A stretch of 64,000 nucleotides of DNA from Alphaproteobacteria bacterium (GCA_041287865.1 JBGGMV010000066.1:7966-71965); one strand, 5' to 3'. Shown: positions 37,862-47,392, counted from the first letter of the stretch. Numbers and translations: made by a program. The notes: a model not told the origin generated them from the letters alone.

Positions 37862-38182
37862 ATGCCGATGGGCCCCGAGGAATTCGTCAAGGCGAACGAT
37901 TACACGCTGGTCGTCTCGCAGGTCTATGCGACCGAGAAACTGTCGAAGCCGACCCTGACCAAAATCTTCAACTTTGCTGCGCAGGAAGTCTCGACCATCT
38001 ATGAGCGCGGCTATGCCCGGGAAGGCATGGGCGTGGGCTTCGCCATCACCCGCGAGAGCAAGAATTTCAGCGAACTCGATAGCCTCGACGAAGTGGCGCT
38101 GATGCGCGCCAAGCTGGTCGACCTCGGCGGCCACCCGCCCGAGTTGCCGACCCTGTCGAAACCCCGCAAACTGGGCAATTGA
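37862..38182 (+). CDS. Hypothetical small protein, divergent from the Q array
   Basis: 106 aa with a strong RBS. The C-terminus (LPTLSKPRKLGN) resembles the Q/P-family tails. Confidence 0.55.
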   Translation: MPMGPEEFVKANDYTLVVSQVYATEKLSKPTLTKIFNFAAQEVSTIYERGYAREGMGVGFAITRESKNFSELDSLDEVALMRAKLVDLGGHPPELPTLSKPRKLGN

Positions 38183-38279
38183 GACTTATTCATAATCGCC
38201 CGAAAAGCGCGTGACAGTGTTAACGACTCTCTCTAAACTGGCACGGACTAAGTTAAGAAACACCGGAGCAAGTATTAAT

Positions 38280-38777
38280 ATGGCCCCCCGCAACCGAGAA
38301 GACGCCTTCCGCTACGACAAGATGGTCGAGAAGGCTTTGCGCGGCGTGGTCAAGCAGGCGCTGGCCGAGGTTGTTAAAGACGGTCTGGTCGACGACCACC
38401 ATTTCTACATCACCTTCTTCACCGACCGCCCGGGCGTGAAACTGCCGCCCTACCTGAAAGACCGTTATCCCGGTGAAATGACCATCGTGCTGCAGCACCA
38501 GTTCTACGACCTCGAGGTCGATGACGAACGCTTTACGGTGATGCTGTCCTTCAACAACGTGCCGGAACGCCTGACGATTCCGCTGTCGGCGATCACCATT
38601 TTTGCCGACCCCTCCGTCAACTTCGCGCTGCAGTTCCAGCCGCTGTCGGAAGAAGACGAAGACGAAATCCAGTTCGAAGCCGAAGAGCTTGATCTGGACA
38701 AGGACGACAAGGCGAAGAAAAAAGGCGAAGTCATTTCGCTCGACTCTTTCCGCAAAAAAGATAAAGACAAGACCTAA
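38280..38777 (+). CDS. sspB: SspB-family ClpXP adaptor (alpha-proteobacterial type)
   Basis: The sequence HHFYITFFTDRPGVKLPPYLKDRYPGEMTIVLQHQFYDLEVDDERFTVMLSFNNVPERLTIPLSAITIFADPSVNF is the SspB substrate-binding fold pattern. An acidic linker and a basic C-terminal ClpX-binding-like tail follow. I placed the start at ATG 38280. Confidence 0.78.
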   Translation: MAPRNREDAFRYDKMVEKALRGVVKQALAEVVKDGLVDDHHFYITFFTDRPGVKLPPYLKDRYPGEMTIVLQHQFYDLEVDDERFTVMLSFNNVPERLTIPLSAITIFADPSVNFALQFQPLSEEDEDEIQFEAEELDLDKDDKAKKKGEVISLDSFRKKDKDKT

Positions 38778-38791
38778 AAAAGGGCGCTTCA

Positions 38792-39535
38792 ATGCCCGCC
38801 ATCGTCGTCAAAAATCTTTCCAAGCAGTACAAAACCGTTCTCGCGGTCGATGATATTTCATTCACCGTGAAACGCGGCAGCATCACCGCGCTCCTCGGCG
38901 GCAATGGCGCGGGCAAGACCACGACCATCGCAATGTTATTGGGCACGCTGCAGCCGACAGCGGGCAGCATTCATATGCTTGGCATAGATATGCTCAAGAA
39001 CCGCTATCGCGCGCTGGAGAGGATGAATTTTTCTTCGCCCTACGTCGATCTTCCGCGCAAGCTGACCGTGCGCCAGAATCTCCGTGTCTACGGCAAGCTG
39101 TATAACGTGAAAAATCTGGAAGACCGCATTAACCGCATGGCGGAGGAACTGGACCTGCGCGAATTTATCGACCGCCCCGTGGGGAAGTTGTCGGCGGGCC
39201 AGCAGACGCGCGTCGCGCTGTCGAAGGCGCTGATCAATAAACCCGAATTGCTGTTGCTGGACGAACCGACGGCTTCGCTCGACCCCGATACGGCGGACAG
39301 GTTGCGCGGTTACCTCGACGATTTCCGCAAGGAACATGGCACGACTTTCCTGATGGCGTCCCACAACATGAAAGAGGTGGAACGGTTGTGTGATGACGTC
39401 ATCATGATGAAAAAAGGCAAAGTGGTCGACGAAGGCACGCCGAAAGAATTGATTAAACGGTATGGCCGCAAGGATCTGGAAGAAGTCTTCCTTGATATCG
39501 CGCGCAATACGGGCACAAGGGAGAACGCCGCATGA
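38792..39535 (+). CDS. ABC transporter ATP-binding protein
   Basis: Has Walker A (GGNGAGKTT), the signature LSAGQQ and Walker B (LLLLDEPT). Confidence 0.9.
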   Translation: MPAIVVKNLSKQYKTVLAVDDISFTVKRGSITALLGGNGAGKTTTIAMLLGTLQPTAGSIHMLGIDMLKNRYRALERMNFSSPYVDLPRKLTVRQNLRVYGKLYNVKNLEDRINRMAEELDLREFIDRPVGKLSAGQQTRVALSKALINKPELLLLDEPTASLDPDTADRLRGYLDDFRKEHGTTFLMASHNMKEVERLCDDVIMMKKGKVVDEGTPKELIKRYGRKDLEEVFLDIARNTGTRENAA

Positions 39536-40344
39536 CGCCAGCCTTCACCCGCGTACAGGCCGTTCTGCTGCGCCATATATATGTGCTGCGGTCATCGCCG
39601 CCGCGCCTGATTGAAATTATTTACTGGCCGACGATCCAGATGGTGCTCTGGGGTTTTATCTCCAGCTTCTTCGCCAACAAGGGGCCCGCACTGGGTGGCA
39701 GCATGGGCGTGGCGGCCTTTGGCACGCTGCTGGGCGCGGTGCTGCTCTGGGATATGCTGTTCCGCACGCAGCTGGGCGTGACGCTTTCTTATCTTGTGGA
39801 AGTCTGGGCGCGTAACCTCGGGCATCTGTTCGTCAGCCCGCTGCGCCCTTGGGAATGGTGGCTGTCGCTGATGATTTTCAGCATCCTGCGCGCGCTGGTC
39901 GGCATGCTGCCGGCGGCGGCGCTGGCGATTCCCTTTTACGGGTTTTCTATTTTCGACCTCGGCCTGCCGATGCTGTTCTTCTTCTTCAACATCATGTTTA
40001 TGGGCTGGTGGCTGGGCTTCCTCATCATGGCCTTGCTGCTGAAATACGGGCAGGGGGCGGAGACGATGGCATGGGCGCTGACCTTCTTCCTCGCGCCCTT
40101 CTGCGCTGTCTACTACCCCATCGCCTCGCTGCCGCAATGGCTGCAGCCGTTTTCAAACGCGCTGCCCGCCGCGCATGTGTTCGAAGGACTGCGCGCCCTT
40201 GTCCACCAGCACACCTATGAAGCCATTCATATGTGGTGGGCCTTTGGCCTTAACTGCATATATATGTGCGTCTCGCTCTTTGTGCTGACCATCGCCTTCA
40301 ACGGTGCGCGCAAGGCGGGAACCCTTCTGCAGAGCGGGGAATAA
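39532..40344 (+). CDS. ABC-2 type transporter permease
   Basis: 270 aa with about 6 TM helices. It has a 4-nt overlap with the ATPase gene. Confidence 0.8.
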   Translation: MTPAFTRVQAVLLRHIYVLRSSPPRLIEIIYWPTIQMVLWGFISSFFANKGPALGGSMGVAAFGTLLGAVLLWDMLFRTQLGVTLSYLVEVWARNLGHLFVSPLRPWEWWLSLMIFSILRALVGMLPAAALAIPFYGFSIFDLGLPMLFFFFNIMFMGWWLGFLIMALLLKYGQGAETMAWALTFFLAPFCAVYYPIASLPQWLQPFSNALPAAHVFEGLRALVHQHTYEAIHMWWAFGLNCIYMCVSLFVLTIAFNGARKAGTLLQSGE

Positions 40345-40346
40345 GG

Positions 40347-40685
40347 TTGCTTAAGAAAATCAGGGAACAGATTTACGTTTTCTGGACAGGGCCGCTCAGG
40401 GCTCCCGGTTTCTTCGCCTTCGTGCTTTTATTTCCGCTGGCGGCGGCGTTTATCCTCAAGCTGGTGTTCAAAGCCTTCGGCTGGTCGCGTGACATCTCTT
40501 TTGATGCATCGGTGGTGCTGCTGCTTCCGCTTGTCTGCGGCTTGCCGCTGGTGCAGATCTTCCGGCTGCCACCGGCCTTTTTCCTGCCGAAGTGGCTGGT
40601 GACGGGGATTATCAGCATTGTTTATCTGGTGCTAATGTTCTGGCCCGTTGTCCTCATTTTCTCCGGATTTCCGGGCGACTTGTAA
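40347..40685 (+). CDS. Possible small membrane protein
   Basis: Track ORF 40266-40685 overlaps the permease in another frame. A TTG at 40347 after GGGGA would give about 112 aa with 3 hydrophobic helices. Both the start and the coding status are uncertain. Confidence 0.35.
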   Translation: MLKKIREQIYVFWTGPLRAPGFFAFVLLFPLAAAFILKLVFKAFGWSRDISFDASVVLLLPLVCGLPLVQIFRLPPAFFLPKWLVTGIISIVYLVLMFWPVVLIFSGFPGDL

Positions 40686-40858
40686 GGTCACCATCGCCCT
40701 CAATGATTTTCCTTAAGTAATTTCCACAATCTTGAAATAGTGCAGTATTTGCCTTTTGCGTAAAAACTGCTACGAGTCAGTACATTCCAATTCACAGAAG
40801 CTGAAGAGCCGCGCCAAGACGGCTCACGACACGGGATCATTTTAACGAGGAGAGCACA

Positions 40859-41722
40859 ATGCTATTCAAAGATTCAGGCCTGCCCAACAACAAGCTGGTC
40901 GAAGACGCCTTCAACCACAGCCGCACCAATGCGCAGGGCAACCAGAAAGAAGCGCTGAAAAGCTTCAAGCAGCAGATCGAGATGATCCACAGCCAGAACC
41001 TGATGATGCTCGACATGGAAAAAGACCAGGGCGGCATGAAGGACGACGAATACAAGCAGAACAAAATCGCGCTGGAACGCATGCGCGACGACCAGCTGAA
41101 AATGGGCCCGCAGCTGATCGCGCGCGAGCTGGACAATATGTTCGAAAAACGCCGCGTCGGCCCCGCAAAAATCGCGGCCAGCCACGCCGATGCAACCTCG
41201 CCTGAACTGGTCGCCGCGATCATGCTGATCGACTGCGTGCGCTCGCCGGTCGACTTCCAGAACATCAACGCGAAATTCGGCGCGAAGGTCTCGGGCCTGA
41301 TCGCCGAAGTGGTGCACATCGACGCTTACCCGTCGGAGCGCGACACGAACCTGTCGAAAGCCTCCGACGACGCCAAGCGCGCCTATCAGGCGCTGGTGAT
41401 CATGTCGCTCGACCAGATCGTCGACCAGATCAAGCGCTCGGCCAAAGAAAACCCGCTGCAGAAAATCATGTTCCCGCCCGGTCAGGAAGAACAGATCTAC
41501 GGCGACGTGAAAAACCTCTGGGGCACCGACAAGAAACTGGACGCCAAATTCCTCGACGCCTTCAACAAGGCATCGGATGCGGCTTCCTCGCCCTACAAGC
41601 TCGAAGTCGGCACCGACGGCTCGCTCGAACTCGTCAAGGGCACGGTTAAATCCGGCCCCGGCGTCAAGCCGCCGAAAAAAGGCCCCGGCGGCCCCGGCCC
41701 CGGCCCCGGCGACGTGTTCTAA
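40859..41722 (+). CDS. Hypothetical protein
   Basis: 287 aa with an AGGAGAG RBS. It is hydrophilic and probably helical, with a Gly/Pro tail (KKGPGGPGPGPGDVF). I recognise no family. Confidence 0.6.
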   Translation: MLFKDSGLPNNKLVEDAFNHSRTNAQGNQKEALKSFKQQIEMIHSQNLMMLDMEKDQGGMKDDEYKQNKIALERMRDDQLKMGPQLIARELDNMFEKRRVGPAKIAASHADATSPELVAAIMLIDCVRSPVDFQNINAKFGAKVSGLIAEVVHIDAYPSERDTNLSKASDDAKRAYQALVIMSLDQIVDQIKRSAKENPLQKIMFPPGQEEQIYGDVKNLWGTDKKLDAKFLDAFNKASDAASSPYKLEVGTDGSLELVKGTVKSGPGVKPPKKGPGGPGPGPGDVF

Positions 41723-41749
41723 GCACGGATTACAGACTAGGGAATGAAA

Positions 41750-41778
41750 AGCGCGGGATGAAAGTCCCGCGCTTTTTC
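41750..41778 (+). terminator. Rho-independent terminator
   Basis: Stem agcgcggga / tcccgcgct, followed by TTTTT. Confidence 0.75.
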
Positions 41779-42000
41779 TATTCACGCGCTGGCATAGCAT
41801 TTGTTTTTTGTGCAAGAAAAATTTTCACAAACTGAACAAGCGTTCATTCGCTTGAGTTGTCCACAGCTACGCTTTGAAATGACTCAGGAAAATATTTTCC
41901 CTTGCATTGGCGAATCGATTTTGCGATTGTGCGCCTCACACAACCCCCGCGGCATTCATGTCGGGGGAGACTACCGAAGCGAAGCTGGAGATTAGATTTC

Positions 42001-42462
42001 ATGAACAACGGCATCGATGCCGGACGCCGCCAGAAATGGCGCGCGGAGATCGACGAGTCCAAGGTGGATATGGGCCTGATTGCGCCCATGGGCCAGCTTG
42101 CGCTCGATGTTTCCTTGTATACCGCTATCCTCGATAACGACCATCAGGCGATCCGCGCCATGGGCGCGGCGGGTGCCAACCCGAACATGTGGGTCGAAGG
42201 CAAGCTGGGCGAGCCCGAAGGCACGCTGCTCCACTTCGCCGCGCGCCATGCGCAGATGAAAACCGTGATTGCCTTGCTGCAGATCGGCGCCGATCCCTTG
42301 ATCAAAGACGCCGACGGCCGCATCCCGCGCCAGGTCGCCGCCGAAATGCCCACGGGCAACCGTCTCCGTTCCATGCTGCAATTGTGGGAAAAGAAGCGCT
42401 ATTCCCCCGTGCCGCAGCACGAAGAGAACGAGAACCGCGAAGAAGTCGCCCAACGCGCCTAA
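42001..42462 (+). CDS. Ankyrin-repeat protein
   Basis: Starts at MNNGIDAG. The sequence TLLHFAARHAQMKTVIALLQIGADPLIKDADGRIPRQVA is a clear ANK repeat, preceded by a degenerate repeat. Confidence 0.7.
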   Translation: MNNGIDAGRRQKWRAEIDESKVDMGLIAPMGQLALDVSLYTAILDNDHQAIRAMGAAGANPNMWVEGKLGEPEGTLLHFAARHAQMKTVIALLQIGADPLIKDADGRIPRQVAAEMPTGNRLRSMLQLWEKKRYSPVPQHEENENREEVAQRA

Positions 42463-43181
42463 ATTTTCGTTACAGTTTTGAGGAAAGGCACCAGCATTGC
42501 CGCGCGGCAGGGCAGGGGCAGGGCTGTTTTGGCGAAGGGTATCGCCGCGATGTCTTTTGCATGCGCGCCTGCGCCCGTGTTCAGTTTTTCCAGCACGGAT
42601 GCTGCGGCCAGCGCCGCCTTGCCCTCCAGCAGCACCGGCGTTTTCGCAAGGCGTGCTGCGACCAGCGCGCCGGTCATGGCGGCGATGTCCAAAGTTTTGA
42701 TCGCGGCAAGCGGTTCGGTGTTGTTCAGCCGTGCGACCAGTTCGTCGCCCGCTTTTTCGGCGGCGGGGTCGAGCGCGGCAAGGATCAGCAAATCGATCCC
42801 CGGCTGCACCGCCATCATGCCATAGGCCAGCGCATGGGCAATTTCGTTGTCGTCAGGCTGCGCATGGCGGCTGCCCAGTTCGTAGACTTGCAAATCCGCA
42901 TTTGCTTCTTCGGCCAGCGGGTTCAGTGGGTGCTTGCCCTGCTGGATATCCTTTAGAATATTTTCCGCCGCTGCCGTCGCAAAGAGCGCAAGGCGCGGGT
43001 GGCGCAACAATGGCTTCTCGCGCCCCTGCGACGAGGCCAGCCACGACCAGATCACGCCCATCTCGTCCAGCAGCGCGGGTGGCGCGATGATGCTTTGCAG
43101 CACCGGCAGGTCGTTCTTCACCAGCTGGCGGATTTCATCGAAGCTGATCGCGGGCGATGGTTTCTGCACAGGCTGGTTCAT
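42459..43181 (-). CDS. Hypothetical protein, with weak resemblance to the CobT (NaMN:DMB phosphoribosyltransferase) fold
   Basis: 240 aa. The resemblance rests on RHPRLALFA, GIDLLILAAL and LDIAAMTGALVAARLAKTPVLLEG. It is shorter than canonical CobT, so the family call is tentative. Confidence 0.5.
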   Translation of the reverse strand: MNQPVQKPSPAISFDEIRQLVKNDLPVLQSIIAPPALLDEMGVIWSWLASSQGREKPLLRHPRLALFATAAAENILKDIQQGKHPLNPLAEEANADLQVYELGSRHAQPDDNEIAHALAYGMMAVQPGIDLLILAALDPAAEKAGDELVARLNNTEPLAAIKTLDIAAMTGALVAARLAKTPVLLEGKAALAAASVLEKLNTGAGAHAKDIAAIPFAKTALPLPCRAAMLVPFLKTVTKI

Positions 43182-43705
43182 GGCTGGGCTTTCTTGCTAT
43201 CGCAGCGCGGATAGCGCTTGTCGTCGGGGCTGATTTTCGTCCAGGTTTCGGTCTGGCGGAAGATGCCCTTCGAGAAAACCACGCGCAGCCGGTTCTCGTC
43301 CAGCGGCGTGGCGGTCACGTTGACATTCATGCCCATGCCGCGCATTTCCATCCGGCCTTCCCAGTTCTGGGCCGTGGCGGGGGTAAAGTTCATTTTAGGC
43401 GTAAAGCCGCAGAGTGATTTCACATCGGTTTCCGTCACCGGCTCGTCAAAGCTCTTCCGCTCGCCGAAATAGTCGTACAGTTTTTTATCGGCAGGGTTCA
43501 GCCAATATATATAACCGCAGGCGCCGGTCTCGGGGCAGGGGCGCAGGCTCACCACCGCATCGAAGGTTTCGGTCTTCCACAGGGTCTCGCTATTGGACGG
43601 CGGCGGGACCGGCTTGTCGGTGGCGGGCATGGCCTGCGCCGCCGCGATGCAGAAGGCGGAGGAGACGGCGGCGGTGATAGAACGGAGGGAGCGGGGCTTT
43701 TTCAT
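43178..43705 (-). CDS. DUF2147-like secreted protein
   Basis: Internal start MKKPRSLRSITAAVSSAFCIAAAQA (signal peptide). The sequence WKTETFDAVVSLRPCPETGACGYIYWLN is DUF2147-like. It has a 4-nt overlap with the downstream gene. Confidence 0.6.
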   Translation of the reverse strand: MKKPRSLRSITAAVSSAFCIAAAQAMPATDKPVPPPSNSETLWKTETFDAVVSLRPCPETGACGYIYWLNPADKKLYDYFGERKSFDEPVTETDVKSLCGFTPKMNFTPATAQNWEGRMEMRGMGMNVNVTATPLDENRLRVVFSKGIFRQTETWTKISPDDKRYPRCDSKKAQP

Positions 43706-44043
43706 GAGGATTTTTTGTAATCCTCCTCCGAAAGCCGCGCAAGGGCTAATCCGGTCTTCGCATTTCAACGTATTGAGGAGGGATGCGGGCCAAAAGCGCG
43801 AAAAACCGGGAATCGCCATGGAACTTGTTCCGAAACCGATTCTCGGGTGACGGGTGGATATTCCCCCCGGGAGGTCCAATTTATAAACATAATCAGGCCC
43901 GGAAGGCCTGCTGGACCCCCTGCCATAGCCTCTTAGCGGGATAGTTATGGTAAAATGTTGAGATTAGGTAAACAAAACAGGGTAATATTCTGACTTTGTT
44001 AACTAATGTATGGCAGTCTTAATACTGGAGGAATACTGGGAAA

Positions 44044-46002
44044 GTGGTTGGGTTTACCAAAATGGCTGAAGATGCTACCGCAAAAGCAGGCGCTGCCAAG
44101 CCAGCGCAACCGAAACCGTCGGGTGGTCTGTCGATGAACCCGTCGCCTGAGGATCTGCTTGTGCCGCCCTCACCCCCCGCACCCTCGGCGGCTCTGCCTG
44201 TGTCGACGGGCGCCGCGATCACCATTTCCGGCGGCGCCAACGCGCCCGCCATGCCCGGCGCGGCAGGCCCCGGCACAGCCCCCGGCGGCGGCAAACGTAT
44301 CGGCGACCGCCTGCTGGAACGCGGCCTCATCACCGAAGACCAGCTCAAGGTCGCCCTGCACGAAAAGAAAACATCTTCAAAGCTGATCGGCGAGATCCTT
44401 GTCGACCTCGGCTTCATTTCCTCGACCGCGCTGTCCGAATTCCTGTCTGAATCCACGGGCCTGCAGCAGTTCGACCCCAAGAAAACGATGCTCGACCCCG
44501 AAGCGCTCGAGATGATCCCGAAGAAGGAAGCGCAGAAGTACCAGATCCTGCCCGTCTCCGTCGACAAGGCCGCGAACCGCGCCGTCATCGCCATGGTCGA
44601 CCCCTACGACGTGGTGGCGCTCGACAAGCTGAAGCAGCTGCTGCCCAAATCCTGCATGATCGTGCCGCAGATCTGCCCGCCCGCGACGCTGGCGGACGCG
44701 ATCCACAAGGCTTACGGCGTCTCCACCTCGATCGACGCGATTTTGAAGGAGCTTGCGGGCGACGCTTCGGCCGCGAAAAAGAACCTCGATACGCTGTCGG
44801 AGGCTGAATCTTATAGTCACCCGCTCGTGCGCCTTGTCAACGCGCTGATCTTCGAAGCCGTGAAAATGGGCGCGTCCGACTTGCACTTCGAGCCCGAAGA
44901 AAACTTCATCCGCCTGCGCTGGCGCATCGACGGCGACCTGATCACCTCGCACACGCTGCACAAGGAATACTGGAGCGGCATCTGCCAGCGCCTGAAGATC
45001 ATGGCCGAGCTGAACATCGCCGACAAATATTCGCCGCAGGACGGCCGCTTCAACCTGAACATGGGCGCGAGGGAAGCCGACTTCCGCGTCTCCTGCCTGC
45101 CGACCGTGCATGGCGAGAACATCGTGCTGCGCGTGCTCGACAAATCGGCGTCCATCGTGCCGCTGACCAAGCTCGGCTTCTCCGAACACAACCTGCGCAT
45201 CATCAAGAAGGCGCAGTCCCGCCCCGAAGGCATCATCATCGTCACGGGCCCCACCGGCTCAGGGAAAACAACGACGCTCTACTCGATGCTGAACGACGTG
45301 AACACGCCCGACGTGAACATCCAGACGCTGGAAGACCCGGTCGAATATAACCTGGGCATGATCAGGCAGTCGCACGTGAAAGAGGGCGGCGGTTTCACCT
45401 TCGGCGAGGGCGTGAAAGCGCTCCTGCGCCAGGACCCTGACATCATCTTCATCGGCGAGGTCCGCGACCTCGTGACCGGCGAGCAGGCGCTGAAAGCCGC
45501 CATGACCGGCCACCAGGTCTATACCTCGCTCCACACCAACGACTGCTTCGGCGCCGTGCCGCGCCTGGTCGACATGGGCCTGAAGCCCGGCATGATTTCG
45601 GGCGCGATTATCGCAACCTTTGCGCAGCGACTTGTCAGAAAGCTTTGCCAGAAGTGCAAGAAACCTGCGGCGGCCACGCCCGAAGAATGCAAGATGCTGA
45701 GGGACGGCCCCGACGGCAAGGCAATCGACCCTGCCAACCCGCCCACGATCTACCATCCCGGCGGCTGCCCGGATTGCAATAATACCGGCTTCAAGGGCCG
45801 TATCGCCTGCGTCGAGATCCTTTACTTCGACGACGATATGGACGCGCTGGTGGCGCAGGGCGCGCACAAGGCCGAAATGAAGAAAGTGGCGCTCACCAAG
45901 GGCTTCAAGAGCATGCTCGACGACGGCATCGTCAAGATCTACGAAGGCACGACCAGCCTTGATCAGGCCAGCAAGTCCCTGAACTTCGCCGACCGCCTCT
46001 AG
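44044..46002 (+). CDS. pilB: Type IV pilus assembly ATPase, PilB/GspE family, with MshEN/T2SSE_N-type N-domain
   Basis: Carries Walker A (GPTGSGKTTTLYS), Asp/His boxes and a C-terminal tetracysteine (CQKC...CPDC). The N-domain reads RIGDRLLERGLITEDQLKVAL / LIGEILVDLGFISSTAL. It has an Ala/Pro-rich leader of about 75 aa. GTG start, 11 nt after GGAGGA. Confidence 0.9.
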   Translation: MVGFTKMAEDATAKAGAAKPAQPKPSGGLSMNPSPEDLLVPPSPPAPSAALPVSTGAAITISGGANAPAMPGAAGPGTAPGGGKRIGDRLLERGLITEDQLKVALHEKKTSSKLIGEILVDLGFISSTALSEFLSESTGLQQFDPKKTMLDPEALEMIPKKEAQKYQILPVSVDKAANRAVIAMVDPYDVVALDKLKQLLPKSCMIVPQICPPATLADAIHKAYGVSTSIDAILKELAGDASAAKKNLDTLSEAESYSHPLVRLVNALIFEAVKMGASDLHFEPEENFIRLRWRIDGDLITSHTLHKEYWSGICQRLKIMAELNIADKYSPQDGRFNLNMGAREADFRVSCLPTVHGENIVLRVLDKSASIVPLTKLGFSEHNLRIIKKAQSRPEGIIIVTGPTGSGKTTTLYSMLNDVNTPDVNIQTLEDPVEYNLGMIRQSHVKEGGGFTFGEGVKALLRQDPDIIFIGEVRDLVTGEQALKAAMTGHQVYTSLHTNDCFGAVPRLVDMGLKPGMISGAIIATFAQRLVRKLCQKCKKPAAATPEECKMLRDGPDGKAIDPANPPTIYHPGGCPDCNNTGFKGRIACVEILYFDDDMDALVAQGAHKAEMKKVALTKGFKSMLDDGIVKIYEGTTSLDQASKSLNFADRL

Positions 46003-46124
46003 GCCAGCACCCCGCACGCCGTGACTCTGTATATTCCCGCCCTATATCTATTCCGGGGGCGAATATATTTCGTCGTGAGACCCGAATACAAGTGCTTGGT
46101 TTACCTTCATAATTGGTGTAACAC

Positions 46125-46142
46125 TATAAGGTGTGTTTTGGG
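46125..46142 (+). promoter_or_regulatory. Cluster cis-motif copy (TATAAGGTGTGTTTTGGG), upstream of pilC
   Basis: The 12-mer TATAAGGTGTGT is identical to 53882-53893. It lies 36 nt before the pilC ATG. Confidence 0.55.
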
Positions 46143-46177
46143 TCGTATGACACTACAGGGGGCGTTCGTCTTTAATC

Positions 46178-47392
46178 ATGCCTAAGTTCAGTTACAGGGC
46201 TATCAATCCGAAGGGCCGGCCGGTGCGGGGCGTTGTGAACGCCGCCAACGAGACGGATTTGTTCAATCGCTTGCAAGAAACGGGCATGAACCTGCTCGAC
46301 TGCAAGGAGATGAGCGAAAAATCCAACAAGCTGGCGGCCCTGACCGCCAAGAAGGTCAAGGTCCGCGACCTGATCCAGATGTTCGTCCACCTCGAACAGC
46401 TGCAGAAGGCCGGGGTTCCCTTGCTGGATTCAATTACCGACGTGCGCGACACCGCTGAATCGACCCGCCTGCGCGACATCATGAGCGATATTTACGCCGA
46501 AGTGACGGCGGGCTCCTCGTTCTCCAACGCGCTGGCCAAGCACCCCGGCACCTTCCCCGCCATCTTCATCTCGCTCATCAACGCGGGCGAGGAAACGGGT
46601 AACCTCACCAACTCGTTCGTGCAGGTCATCAAGCACCTGAAGTGGACGGACGCGATGGACACCAAGGTGAAAAAGGCGACGCGCTATCCCAAGGTTCTCT
46701 GCGTGGTCGTCGTCGGCGTTATTTACGTGATGCTGGGCCACGTCGTGCCCGAGGTCGTCGGATTCCTGCGCAACATCGGGCAGGAACTGCCGCCGATCAC
46801 GCAGGCGCTGATCTCCACCTCCGACTTCGTGGTGGGCTATTTCGGCTATATCATCGGCGTGATCATCCTCATCATGGTCATCCTGCGCGTCGGGCGCCTG
46901 ATGTCGGAGGATTTCAAGTACCGCACCGACTACATCGCGCTGCGCATGCCGGTGATGGGCAACCTGATCCGCAAAATCTCGCTCTCGCGCTTCTGCCAGA
47001 CCTTCGGCGTCCTCTTCACCTCGGGTCTCGAGATCCTGAAATGCCTCGAGGCCGCGAAGCAGACCTCGGGCAACCTCGTCATCACCGAGGCGCTGGAATC
47101 GGTCAAGACGCAGGTGCAGGAAGGCTCGGGCCTTTCCCATGCGCTCAACTCCTCGGGCGAATTCCCGTCGCTGGTCGTGCGCATGGTCAAGATCGGCGAG
47201 GAATCGGGTAACCTGACGGGCGTTCTGGAACAGGTGTCGGAATTCTACGACAAGGACGTCAACGAAGCCGTCGACGCGATGATCCAGATGATCGAACCCG
47301 CGCTGACCGTCGTGCTCGGCGGCATGCTGCTGTGGATCGCGGCCGCCGTCTTCGGCCCCGTTTACGACAGCTTCGGCAAGATGGGCGGATAA
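46178..47392 (+). CDS. pilC: Type IV pilus platform protein, PilC/GspF family
   Basis: 404 aa with two GspF repeats and 3 TM helices, including the (ESGNL) motif. Confidence 0.9.
   Translation: MPKFSYRAINPKGRPVRGVVNAANETDLFNRLQETGMNLLDCKEMSEKSNKLAALTAKKVKVRDLIQMFVHLEQLQKAGVPLLDSITDVRDTAESTRLRDIMSDIYAEVTAGSSFSNALAKHPGTFPAIFISLINAGEETGNLTNSFVQVIKHLKWTDAMDTKVKKATRYPKVLCVVVVGVIYVMLGHVVPEVVGFLRNIGQELPPITQALISTSDFVVGYFGYIIGVIILIMVILRVGRLMSEDFKYRTDYIALRMPVMGNLIRKISLSRFCQTFGVLFTSGLEILKCLEAAKQTSGNLVITEALESVKTQVQEGSGLSHALNSSGEFPSLVVRMVKIGEESGNLTGVLEQVSEFYDKDVNEAVDAMIQMIEPALTVVLGGMLLWIAAAVFGPVYDSFGKMGG

Noticed and set aside
41681-41710. GGCCCC hexanucleotide tandem repeat (encoding GPGGPGPGPG) at the 3' end of the 40859-41722 gene, considered as a possible phase-variation tract.
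   Set aside because: The unit length is a multiple of three, so slippage would change only the tail length and not the frame. There are only about 3-4 units.
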